A DNA stretch of 64,000 nt, taken from NCBI RefSeq assembly GCF_006345805.1, contig NC_043005.1:61876001-61940000 (forward strand), given 5' to 3'. Below are positions 1-12,143 of the stretch, piece by piece. Made by a program: the position numbers and the translations under genes. Positions within the stretch are counted from its first letter, which is position 1, and every line of letters starts with the position of its first letter. Under the pieces are notes generated by a model. That model did no database searches, was not told the DNA's origin, and saw nothing but the letters and a program-made list of their open reading frames with translations. The DNA is from Octopus sinensis. Its lineage: Eukaryota.

Positions 1-198
1 GGCCAGCAAGTTTGGGCGAGGGGTAAGTCAATTACTTTGCTCCCCCAGTGCTCAAATGGTACTAATTCTATCAACCTTGAAAGGATGAAAGGCAAAGTCG
101 ACCTCAGTGGCATTTGAACTCAGAACATAAAGATTGCTGAAATGCCACTTGCTAAGCATTTTACCCAGCAAGCTAATGATTCTGCCAGCTTGCTGCCA
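1..198 (-). mobile_element. tRNA-derived SINE with Meta-domain-like core
   Basis: Reverse complement of the recurring ctggcagaatc...ttctgagttcaaat...gaggtcgactttgcctttcatcctttc...gata...agtacca motif. Other copies at about 6185, 14522, 22772, 52235, 62440 and 63012. Confidence 0.8.
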
Positions 199-684
199 TA
201 AAATACATTAAATAATGGCCAGAGGATAGAACTCATTCCAAATTAAAAATGAATAAAAATTTTAGGGTTTGTGTTGTCTTTAAACAATATTGTTACATGA
301 TTTCTGTTACATGATTTAGATTTATCTAATGGCACAGATATATTGGAATTTTTTTCTAATACTCTTCTTAACACTCAAACATCAAATGCCATCAGATATG
401 TTAGGGTTGTCACTTGACCAGCTGAAAATAGTAGCTGCCCCTCTCAAAAATTTCACTCTTAAATAATGATTATAGAACAGAGTTCCTGATATACAAAGAT
501 ATCACAACAGGAATGCCTTAAATCACAGTTTTTTTTTTCAACAATGACTTATCTAGGACTAGGTGACAGCACTAAAGTTTACTTCCAGCCAAGAACAGAA
601 GGACTCTATACAGGCACAGGACCTACTAGATATAGTGGTCAAATTTCTCTCAAATCACACACACTAATGATAAAGTTAGAGATA

Positions 685-946
685 AAAATAAAAATAAATG
701 TGGCCTTTTAAGGCCTAGCCAGGCTCATGGGCCTGTTTTCCCGGTTTTTGTGGCGTATGTGTTTCCCAGCTGGACGGTACGCCAGTCCATCACAGTGTTA
801 CTCATTTTTGCCAGCTGAGTGGACTGGAGCAACGTGAAATGAAGTGTTTTGCTCAAGAACACAATGTGTTACCCGGTCCAGGAATCGAAACCACAATCTT
901 ACAATCATGGTGCTGACACCCTAACCACTAAGCCACGTGCCTCCAC
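685..946 (-). mobile_element. tRNA-derived SINE (CORE-like family), full length with TSD
   Basis: A/B-box-like head tggcttagtggttagg...ggtttcgattcc. 13-bp direct repeat aaagttagagata at 672-684 and 947-959. Confidence 0.85.
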
Positions 947-1748
947 AAAGTTAGAGATACCTTGGAAAATGTAGTTCCATACATACACATAAGGTATGTG
1001 TGTGTGAAGGCGCGTACCCTAATGTTTAGTATGTTACACTCACAATTGCTAGATCTTGAGTTCAATTCCCACAGTGAGCAGCACATTGTATTCTTGAGCA
1101 AAACATTTCATTTCACATTGCTCAACATCCATTTCAACATCTGACATGTAGCACATTTGTGCACTAGTATAGACAATGTAAACTAATGTAAAGCATACAC
1201 ATTTGGTCACTATAAACAAATCCTTTGTGCAGATCATTCAGCAACAACTGAACACTCACACATCTTTCACTGGAAACATTCCATCATAGATGTGTGTGTG
1301 TAGGTGTAGGCATGGCTATGTGGTAGAAAGTTTGCTTCCTTACCACATGGTTCTACATTCAATCACTCTGTGTGACACATTGGGCAAGTGTCTTCTGCTA
1401 TAGCCTTGAGTGGATTTGGTAGATGGAAAGACACCTGTTGTATGTGTGTGCGCGCGTGTCTTTGTGCATGTGGTTGTCTCATAGCACAAGTTTCACACCA
1501 TTGTTATCTTCAGTTCTCACCTGAAGAATGCAGCATGAATGTTGTACAGCAATTCTTAAATTCAGTTTCAATAGAGAAAAAAAACGTCTTCTAGAATTGG
1601 GCATTCCTCTCTCATTTGTCAAACATAAACCAACATACATATGTATGTATGCAGATACTTACAAACATGCATACACATGTACGTATAACATATATATATA
1701 TATATATATATAATATAAATGATATAAATAATATATAAATATATGCAT

Positions 1749-2043
1749 ATCACGTGATCACGGGACCGACCAGACCATCAGATGTTGTTACACATCGCTG
1801 GTCACAATGTGTTTGCATTGTTTTAGCCTTCGAATGACGCCACCCCGCTGGCTAAGCGAGCAGGCCAACAGACGAAAGAGTGGTGAAAGAGTACAGCAGG
1901 GATCACCACCCCCTGCCGGAGCCTCGTGAAGCTTTTAGGTGTTTTCGCTCAATAAACACTCACAACGCCCGGCCTGGGAATCGAAACCGCAATCCTACGA
2001 CCGCGAGTCCGCTGCCCTAACCACTGAGCCATTGCGCCTCCAC
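1749..2043 (-). mobile_element. tRNA-derived SINE, related subfamily
   Basis: Head ggaggcgcaatggctcagtggttagggcagcggactcgcggtcgtaggattgcggtttcgattcccagg. The body resembles the copy at 40385-40655. Confidence 0.8.
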
Positions 2044-2080
2044 AAATATATGCATATACACATACATATATGTACAAACC

Positions 2081-2123
<43 letters not shown>

Positions 2124-2314
2124 GCATATATGGGTACAGGACATCAAAAAAATGTTGAACACAATGAGAAACGAAAACATAAAAACAAAAACATAGAAAC
2201 AAAATTTTTTTCAAACAACGAAAAAAACAGAGAAATGAGACATACAGCATAAGGAATATTCCCCTTCTTCAGTTGTCCCTGTTTCATCCACTCTGCGTTT
2301 CGAAGGTATATATA

Positions 2315-2833
2315 TGGGCCTCATAGAGGCAATGACTAGTAACCAAAACATTTGGCGATATGCTGTGCTTGAGAAGACCTGTCAAGCCAAGTGAAATCAT
2401 AGTCATGGCTGATGCTGGTGTCACATAGCTGGCACACATGCTGGTGGCATGTAAAAAGCATCTTTTGAGCACTGGGGCTCATGGAGGCAAGGTGGCTGAT
2501 ACTGGTGGCACATGGAAAGCACCCTTTGAGTGTTGGGCTTCACAGAGGCAATGACAAATAACCGAGACCTTTGGCATTATGTCATGCTTGAGAAGAAGAC
2601 CCATCAAGCCAAGTAAAATCACAGTCACATTAGATACTGGTGTCATGCCAATGGCACCTGTGTTGGTTGCATGTAAAAGTACCCATTACTCTCTTGGAGT
2701 GGTTGGCATGAGGAAGGGCACCCAGCCATAGAAACAATGCCAAATCAGCCTTCCAGCTTGCCAGCCCTGGTCAAACCGCCCAACCCATGCCAGCATGGAC
2801 AACGAATACTAAATGATGATGATGATAATGATA
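2315..2833 (+). mobile_element. RTE-type LINE 3' end (or RTE-tailed SINE) with (GAT)n tail
   Basis: ggttggcatgaggaagggcacccagcc...caacccatgccagcatggac...gatgatgat. This is the same tail as the RT-bearing RTE at 47393-49362. Confidence 0.75.
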
Positions 2834-2857
2834 TATTTATATGTATGTATGTATGTG

Positions 2858-2917
<60 letters not shown>

Positions 2918-2918
2918 A

Positions 2919-2950
<32 letters not shown>

Positions 2951-3054
2951 CAAATGTGAGGATAAAATTCTTTTCGAAAAAAATATTTTCTCGAAAAGAA
3001 TTTTATCAATGGCCAGCATATTAAAAAATACCTTTAACAGTTAAATTTATAAAC

Positions 3055-3317
3055 AATTCATAAATGAGGGCAAAGGAAGAAAATTCTAATACCAAATATG
3101 CCGAAAAATTGGACATATTGTCCATTAACCATATAACTTTTTCACAATACGCACGCTACTCGAAAAATGGTCAACAGAAATTTTTTAGAAATTTCTGTTG
3201 ACCATTTTTCGAGTAGCGTGCGTATTGTGAAAAAGTTATATGGTTAATGGACAATATGTCCAATTTTTCGGCATATTTGGCATTAGAATTTTTTTCCTTT
3301 GCCCTCATTTATGAATT
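3055..3317. repeat. Near-perfect palindrome, arms about 128 bp
   Basis: aattcataaatgagggcaaagg...ggtcaacagaaattt / aaatttctgttgacc...cctttgccctcatttatgaatt, with a loop of about 5 nt. Flanked by (TA)n. Confidence 0.95.
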
Positions 3318-3338
3318 ATATATGCATATATATATATA

Positions 3339-5240
3339 CAGAGGTGGGCAAAAAGTTAACTCTGTTAATTGTTAATCCATTAATTGTTTGAAATGTAATG
3401 AAAGTTAACGTTAATCCGTTAACGTTAACTTTTATTGAATAAAGGCATAACTACAGTTTAATAGCCCCATCAATTTTGTTGCCTTATAACTTCCAGAAAA
3501 ATGGATACTTTTTAACAAAACTTTCACCAAATAATCACTTGTATCCTGAAAATTGAGTGTATGTAAATATTTGTTGAAAAAATTTTCCTAGGGATGGCAG
3601 AAAACCCTTAGGGGTTTTGGAGTTTCGAAAAATTCACAGGACCTGACATTTTCCCCCTCAACTCTCTGAAAAATAGGTGTTTTTAATGAAAGTTTATACA
3701 GATAACTTTCAGATGGTGTAGATTACGATTACATAGAAATTTGTAGGCGAAAGTTTTCTAGCACATCCCAAAACCTCCCTCTTTGTTTCTTTCTCACTCA
3801 CACATCTATTGATATATTTCAATATTTTTCTCCCCATAAGCAAATCTTATGGAATGATGATGTCAAAGTAACATATGTGTAGTCCCAACCAAGCAAGGCC
3901 ATGTTATGTGTGTCTGTAAGAAACAAAATGCCTAAAAAATTTTTAGTGTTCATATTAATCTGTCAAATGTAATGCTTATTTTGAATTATTCAGATTCGAA
4001 AGGGCTGACCACAATATTTGCTTGTAACTTTGTAAATTTTTTACATACAGATTTGAAATTTTGTCAGTGGGTGGTTTATATACCACTGGTTTATAGTTAT
4101 GTAATTTTAGCTGATCCTACTGAGTAAATTTCACTTTTATGGGCAGATAAATTAAATTAGCAAATTTAAAAGCAATAAAATTAAGGATAAACATTAAAAT
4201 TGAAATACTTAATGCATTTTATCTATTTGACTTCTTACTTAAATTATCCCAGATAACAACCGACAAAAATTTTCAAAATGAGGTACATTAATTTGAATTA
4301 ATTAAAATACAGGTATAATCAGTACAAGATTTTATTCTTTCAGTAAATATATCGTACCTCAGTGTGGAATAATTTTCTCCACAGATTTTTTTCAGGTACA
4401 TTCAATGTATTTGACCTCCAAAGCCATCACAAGCCACATTTTTCCAGAAAAGAAATGTGGGAGGGGTAGTGGGGACTGCAAAGTTTCCCACCAAAGGAGT
4501 TTTGTTTCGTGCGTCTTTTTTTTCTTTTCCAGGTTATTTTGCATGCTTTGAATGAATGTGACATCGAAATCATGCATAAACGACTCCTTTTGCCAGAAAA
4601 GGAAAAATTTGGCTGCTATTCCTAGCATGTCCTGCTACCACATAACAGCTATTTGCATTCACACCAAAATATTTACCAACTCATTTCCTTCCATTTATTT
4701 TTTGCACTTTATGGAAGTTGATATTTTTTCTCTGTTGACATCCACCTCAGCGACATCATGGATCAAATGGAGACACATCAATCACTGTTCCCTCTTGACA
4801 GGACAAAGAAATTTCCCACTGTCTTTGCAAGCAACAAGCAGGTGGATTCGATTTCAAAATACAGACAGGGCCACAGACGGTCCTACAAGTTATTTATAAT
4901 AATAAGTGGCATTATATCAGGGTTGAAAGAATGACATGTACAAGACTAAATATGCTTAGACAATCGGAAAACAATAGAAATTTTTAAACATTTACCGGCT
5001 TTTATGAAATTTTGGGGTTAATTTTGGAGTTAACAGAAGCTAAATGTAACAGAAGTTAATTAGTCCAATAATGATTTTCAAAGTTACCTTATATATACTC
5101 TGTATATATATATATATATATATATACAGAGCTGGGTGTAAATTCATTAGTCCGTTAATCGTTAATTAACAAAGTTAACATTTTCATTATCGAAGGTAAC
5201 TTTGAAAATCATTATTGAACTAATTAACTTCCGTTAATTA
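3339..5240. mobile_element. Probable decayed DNA transposon(s) with CAGAG(G/C)TGGG termini and gttaa-rich subterminal repeats
   Basis: Related termini at 3339 and 5127, many gttaa/ttaac motifs, and an inverted repeat at 5048-5090 vs 5193-5235. The interior 4380-4900 looks coding-like but I cannot assign it. Confidence 0.45.
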
Positions 5241-5415
5241 GTCCAATATATATATATGCACATATATATGTACATACACACACACATACATACATACATA
5301 CATACATACACACAGACATATATACATACATACAAACATCCATATATACAAACATATATGTGTATATATATATGTATGTATGTATATATATATTATATAC
5401 GTACATATGTGTATA

Positions 5416-5469
<54 letters not shown>

Positions 5470-5687
5470 AATTATATACACACACACACAAACACAACCA
5501 TTTTGTGGTTGTCAACCATTCTTTCCTGGCTGCCATTGGATGGCTGTCACTTTGCCTTTCCTGGGCATTCCTTTAGTACAGAAGTACTGTACTATGTATT
5601 AATATATAAAATTATATTGCATGTATGTGTGTGTATGAGTGCATATATACATATATATATATATCATATACACACACATCTATGCAT

Positions 5688-6180
5688 ATCATCATCATCA
5701 TCAACATTCAACATTTAACGTCCATTTTATAGGCTGTCATGGGTTGGATGGCTTGAGAGTAACTGGCAAGGCCAGGGGTTGCACCAGGTTCCATAGTCTG
5801 TTTTTGCTTGGTTTCTACTGTTGGTTGCCCTTCCTAGTGCCAACCACTCCACAAAGTGTACTGGGTGCTTTTTTATGTGGTATCATCACCAGTACTTTTT
5901 TACATGGCACCCACACCAATGCTTTTTATGCTGCACCTTGGTTTTTAAGATTACAATTCTGCTGTGGAGGGCAGATCTTTCTAAGTACAGCAATGTACCA
6001 CATATCTCAGTCCTCTGTCACCTCCTTTGTAAGGTTCAGTGTTTTGAGATCAGCCTTCAATACTTCCTCCTATGTCTTCCTGGGTCTGCCTCTTCTTCAA
6101 CTTTTCCTCTTTAAGTAATCAGCCCATCTTTATGCAACCTTCCTCATCCATCCACATCACATGACCAACCAGTGCAATCT
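5688..6180 (-). mobile_element. RTE LINE 3' fragment
   Basis: (GAT)n tail. The minus strand resembles the RTE C-terminus (GRPRKT*EEVLKADLKTLNLTKEVTED*DMW). Confidence 0.75.
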
Positions 6181-6424
6181 CCTGAGTTGGCAGGTTTGTT
6201 AGCATTGGAGAAAATGCTCTGTGGTATCTGTTCCGACCTTTTATATTCTGAGTTCAAATCCCACCAAGATGAGCTTTGCTTTTCCTTCTTCTAGGATCAA
6301 TAAAATAAAGTACAAGACAAGTACTTGTGTCAATTCAATCAATTAATCCCCTCCAATTGTATCAGAAACATTTATATCAACTTGTAGATAATGTTTTACT
6401 AAACCTCCTTCCTTATATTTTATC

Positions 6425-6805
6425 GTTTACTTATCTCAGTCATTGAATCATAGCATTAATGGCACACTACCTTGAAGGGTTTAGTCAAAGAAATCAACCC
6501 CAGTGCTTATTCCTAAAGTCTGGTACTTATTCTAATAGTTTCCTTTGCCGAACTGCTCTGTTACAGGGATGTAAACAAACCAACTCTAGTTAAGGAGGAC
6601 AAACAGAGATACAAACACATGCACACACACACATATACACATACACAATGAGCTTCTTTCAGTTTCCATCTACCAAATTCACTCACAAGGATTTGGTTGG
6701 CCCAAGGCTATAGTTGAAGACATATTCAAAGTGCTATGCAGTGGGACTGAACTCGAAACCTTGTGGTTGAGAAGCAAACTTCTTACCACAAAGCCACTCC
6801 TGCAC
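6425..6805 (-). mobile_element. tRNA-derived SINE ('ggctgtgtggtaag' family)
   Basis: Reverse complement of the family seen at 17597-17995. Confidence 0.75.
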
Positions 6806-7687
6806 TTTCAAAACCTTAATTGAACTGACTGCTAATTGAAACATGTAGGGAATAGCCTACCCATTAGAACTATAACTATGAAAGGGTTAATAAAGGAGTG
6901 TATCAAAAACACAGTAGCAGTGGTTATAAATGAAGATGGATGTGTGACTGAGCAAGGATCTCAAATAGAATTCTTGAGCTCTCAGCCTGTCGGTCAACAA
7001 ATCATCATATTAACTTATATAGTTCATGTTTGACACTTACATAATGTATAATTATATATATGTGTGTATATATATAATATAATATAATATAATATAATAA
7101 TATACAATGTAATAGAAATCATTTAAATCTGAAACAAAATCTTTGGTGTTGAGTAAGTGGGTGGGTGAGTGGGTGGATATGGTCATAGGACCGGAAGGGG
7201 CAATTGAAGAACAATAGCAAAAAGATTTTACCAAAAATATATTTATAAAAAAATAACCCTCACAAAAAAGAACAAAGCAAAACAAAAAAAAAACTGAAAT
7301 GCCAGTTATCCTTGCATAACTTATTATTTGATCTATGACAAGAAGTTACAACATAGGAGTTGGAACATAATATATAAAAACTAGGAGTTGGAACATAATA
7401 TATATAAAAAACTAGAGTTTAAAATAAATAAATAAAAAGCCCAAAAGATTATTGGCAATACTATACAGAAAACAAGGGCAATTAATTATTTGCCATGACT
7501 GGTGACTGCACTATTTTAGAGGATTTTAATGCAGTGAACTTTACTGGATTTCTACACACACCCACTCTCTGCTACTCTGCCATTTGAACTTTATATTCTG
7601 TTCTATGAACTGTGCATCAAACACTTTGACTAGTGTATAAAATTTGCATTTTTGCTCTTGCTCTTGCTCTCATTAATGCGACACAAA

Positions 7688-7875
7688 ACCACCACCGCCA
7701 CCGCCACCACCACCACCACCACCACCCCCAACAACATCCATCTCACTTTTGCAATCTCATCACCGAGATCACTGCTACCACCACCACCACCACCACAGAG
7801 ACCACTGGCATGACCACCCCCACCATCACAATAGCCGCCATCACCACCACCACCATCATACCCTTACCACACCAC
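7688..7875. repeat. Degenerate (CAC)n trinucleotide tract
   Basis: caccaccgccac... repeats. They explain the poly-His/Thr ORF at 7633-7914. Confidence 0.85.
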
Positions 7876-8049
7876 CTCACTCATTTTCCCACAATTACAA
7901 CTCATAGCATTTAATTCTGATTTTTCTCTTATCTTATGTAACAAATTTATTTGTTCGACATATTGAACTATTATGACAACTTACGATTATATATACTACA
8001 TTTGTGTGTGTTTCATGCATATGTGTGTGTATGTATGTATGAATGTGTG

Positions 8050-8081
<32 letters not shown>

Positions 8082-8099
8082 AGTGTTTGTTTTTATGTC

Positions 8100-9110
8100 G
8101 ACTTATTATAAAAACAACTTCTCATAAGCTAAAGTAGCAAGATGAAAAATATACAGTGATGAATAAGACCTCAGAACAACCCTAACTGTGAGACACTATC
8201 CACCCTCACTTATAGATGATCAAAATAAATGTTCCAAGAAAATAGGCATTAAAACACTAAGGGAAACAAAACAAAACACCACACCTCATCTCAAAATACT
8301 ACCATATACAACCCTAGAAACAATGTGGCATACAACACTATTGTACAAAATCTATCCAAAAATGAACAACATTCTGAAAACATAAATTCATCAAATGTAA
8401 AAATAACAACCGAAATCTCTGAAAAGACTCCTTACAAAAACGAAGCTTTACACAACAACTACGAAACCAATGGTTAAAAAAATGTGGACTTCTGAACTGT
8501 GGAACATGCCCCAACCTACTGGAAGACTTGGAATTCCAATACAAGCAAGGCGAAAGGTTCACAGTTAAGACCAACTTCACTTGTGCACCCAAGAATTTGA
8601 TTTATAACTTGTTCATGTTGTGGACATAACTATACAAGACAGAGAAGTATGGCACTTAGATGGAGAACGACTCTACATAAGGAACAGATCCATTTCTCAA
8701 AGATACCTTTGAGTGAACATAAAGAGAGATGTGCAGGGAATCTCCAACCAAATTTCACAGTTTTCCTCATCTACTAGTGCAAAGAAACAATTTCTGTACA
8801 GGAATGTTTAACCCTTTAGCATTTAAACTGGCCATATCCGGCCAAAAGTATTCTGCCTGTTTTATGTTCAAACTGGCCAGATCTGGTCTCTCACACCAGC
8901 CCTACAATATTGTTTTAAAAATTAACAGCTACCTCATCAAAATCTCATAGCTACAAAATAATGCATGATTAGCTCAAAACAATGTGGATAAAGAAGCCTT
9001 AATTTTAGCAGAATAATGTGAACACTAAAGGGTTAAATAAAGAAAATTTATTTATCGAAAATACAGAACATGCTTAAATATGAATGCATAACTAACTTTG
9101 ATCTCAGTAT
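8100..9110 (+). mobile_element. Penelope-like element remnant (GIY-YIG endonuclease region)
   Basis: Degenerate translation CGLLNCGTCPNLL...NFTCAPKNLIY..CSCCGHNY...LRWRTTLHKEQI...PLSEH..RC. Interrupted by a piggyBac MITE. Confidence 0.75.
8812..9032. mobile_element. piggyBac-type MITE
   Basis: TTAA|CCCTTTAG ... CTAAAGGG|TTAA, with TSDs at 8808-8811 and 9033-9036. Confidence 0.85.
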
Positions 9111-9244
9111 ATACTTTAATTCATGATCACATATCCATGAATTAAAATATGCGATATTTTAATTCATGGATTAAAATATGAATTGAATCCATATTTTAAT
9201 TGGATTTAATTCATATTAAGATACATATGAATTAATGTATTCAT

Positions 9245-9297
<53 letters not shown>

Positions 9298-9346
9298 TGT
9301 GTAAAGTGCTCAGGTGCACTACAACTCATCTAAAGTGTATATATAA

Positions 9347-12143
9347 TCAGGTGTAGTTTCGGCGGATTTCGGAAAGCATGAGGGCCTTAAAGGATGCAGT
9401 GTCATGGCAGTCAACAACTGACGCAGGCAGTTTATTCCAGGCTTCAGCAACTCTGAGCGTGAAAAAATGTTTCCGAAAGTCATGGGAGCTGTGTTGTTTT
9501 CTGACTTTGTAGGCATGTCCACGTGTGTTAGACACATGGAGATCAAAAAGGTGTTCAGTGTTGTTGTTGGTGAGGTGGTTGATAACTTTGTGGGTGTCTA
9601 CCAAGTCCGTCGCCAGACGCCGGAGCTTCAGTGAATCCATACCCAGGGAAACAAGGCACTCAGAATATGGTAGGTGTCTGATGGAGGGTATGCGTTTGGT
9701 TGCACGTCTCTGGACAGATTCCAGGAGGTCAATGTTCTGAGCAAGATAGGGGTTCCAAACTGATGATGCGAATTCCAAGTGTGGTCGTACCATAGCTGTA
9801 TACAGTTTTAAATAGATGGCTGGAGAGCGGCTAACAAAAGTCTTGCTGAGTGATGCCAAGACACCCTCGGCCTTCTTGACAATTTTAGAGATATGCTTTG
9901 TCCAACGCAAATCACTGCTGACAGTGATGCCTAGGTCACGCTCGCAAGAGGATTTCTTGATATCAGTGTTGTGGAGGGAGTATGTGGACACATGGTTTTT
10001 TCAGCCAGTTTCAGTTGCCAGTCTGTGATCCATTGCTGCATTGTGTCTAGGTCTGATTGCAGGAAAGAGTTGTAGACATCAGGATCTGTCCTCTTGATTT
10101 CAAGGTACAGCTTGATGTCGTCTGCATATTTCAATACTGTGGCATTCTTTAAATTGGCATCTATGTCATTAATGTATGCCACAAACAAGAGGGGACCAAG
10201 GACAGATCCCTGTGGTACACCCGATGACATCTCATATGGTGTAGAGTGCTGTCCTAGAACTGTGACTACCTCCTTTCGGCTGAGGATGAAGGATTTCAAC
10301 CAGTTAAAAAGGTCATCCCCCACACCCATTGCAGAGAGTTTCACCATAAGCCTTTTGTGTGGTACAGAGTTGAAAGCCTTAGCAAAGTCAAGGTAGACAA
10401 CATCCACCCATGAGCCACTGTCAGTGATCTGAGTAATGTCCTCAAGGAACTCGACAAGCTGATCACTGCAGCTGGAGTTAGGGACAAATTCATATTGTGA
10501 GGGTCGGATGAGACTGTGAGAGCTCCAGAAGTTCCAGAGTGTTTCTCTGACACACGATTCCATCAGTTTTGCAATACAGCTAGTGAGACTGACTGGGCGA
10601 TAGTTGACAGGTGATGTGCAGGTCGCCCTTTTTGAACAGAGGAATGACACTGGCAGTTTTCCACTGCTCCGGAGTAGCACCATTGTTGAGACAGTACTGG
10701 AAGAAAATAGAAAGCTGGTGTAAAAGGAAGTACCTGCCACGTTTGAGAAGCAGGTATGTAACTCCATCGAGACCAGGGGAGGCATAGTTGCGCTTATTTT
10801 GAAGGTGACGTCGCAGCATTGCAGGTGTAAATTCCATAGTTGTTATGGAGTTTGCTGTTAGTGATGGTGAAGATGGTACATTTTGACTTTCAACAGTGAA
10901 TATGTTTGCATAGCACTCGGCAATGAGTTCTGCGCATTCCTTGGGGTCGTCAGTGATCTGGTTTGTGTGAGGGTTGCGAAGAGGGCCCACTGGAGAGTGA
11001 GGTCTCTGCTTTGAATGCACATATTTCCAGAAAACCTTGCTGTCAGGATTGGCTGCTATGCACTGTTCAAATTCAAGCACTGCTTTTTTTGTCACTTGCT
11101 TGAGATGGTTGGAGGATTTATTCTGCTTCTTCCTGTTGGTGTCTGATTTATGCAACTTGTATTCCCGTTCAGCAGTCCGACGTTCCTTCCTGGCAAGTCG
11201 GACCGCTGAAGTTTCCCAAATTGCCCTTTTGGGGCGGTTCTTCTTTTTCTGTTTACATGGCACTGATGCTGCACATGCTGCCCATATTGAGTCCAGGATA
11301 CTCTGGAGTATAGTATTCACATCTCCAGAGTTGTAGAATTCATGCCAGTTTTGGTGCTGTAGTTCAGTGTGGTACAGGTTCCAATCTGCTCTCTTCCAAT
11401 CGAAGGAAGCAGATTGGAGATGGTTCAGGTTTTTGTTGCCCGCAAGAGCCAGATTGGCGATGATCATAGCATGATCAGAGTCACCTAGAGGTTCCTCCGT
11501 AGTGCAATTGATAACCGCTTCAGGAGTTGTGGTGAAGAGTAGGTCCAAGGTGTTGTCGCCTCTTGTTGGAGAGGTGACTACTTGTGACCAGTTTGAGTCC
11601 AGCACAAGCTCAACAAAATCGTTTGCACTCTGTGGCCAATGGAAGGTTTCCCAATTGATCTCAGGATGATTGAAATCGCCTGCAATAAACACATAAGTGG
11701 CTGTTTTCCTGGCAGCAGCTCGGAGGATATTGCAAAGCTGTGTGTCCTGATGGTAATTTGGGGGACGATAAACAACGCCAAGCAGGAGTGTTGACATGGT
11801 CATACGTACGTCACAGAAAAAAAACTTCTTCTTGTGATTCGTTCAAATCGGCACAAGGAATTACCAAAAAATTTGAACGAACGTTGACCATCACACCACC
11901 ACCACGGCGGTTAATGCAGTCCTTACGGAAGAGGTTGTACCCCGTAATGTTGAAAACCCCATCATAAAGTAAGGAATGCGCCCATGTTTCCGTGACAGTG
12001 ATGAAGTCAGGGTCAATACTTCTGACGTAGGCGTTGAACAAATGTATTTTGTTGCATAAACTGCGAGCATTTAAGGACAACAATTTGTACCCTGCTCGCA
12101 GTTTATGATGATGTGTAGAGGATGGCAGGTTATTCTGGCTTAG
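9347..12143 (-). pseudogene. LINE ORF2 (APE endonuclease + reverse transcriptase) broken by three frameshifts
   Basis: Track ORFs 11811-12083, 10580-11803, 9931-10785 and 9347-9991 tile one protein. Breaks fall at the A8 run near 11817-11824, near 10620 and near 9995. Confidence 0.9.

Noticed and set aside
7633-7914. ORF resembling a signal peptide plus poly-His/Thr
   Set aside because: Starts at GTG, is explained by a (CAC)n microsatellite, and has no splice or homology support.
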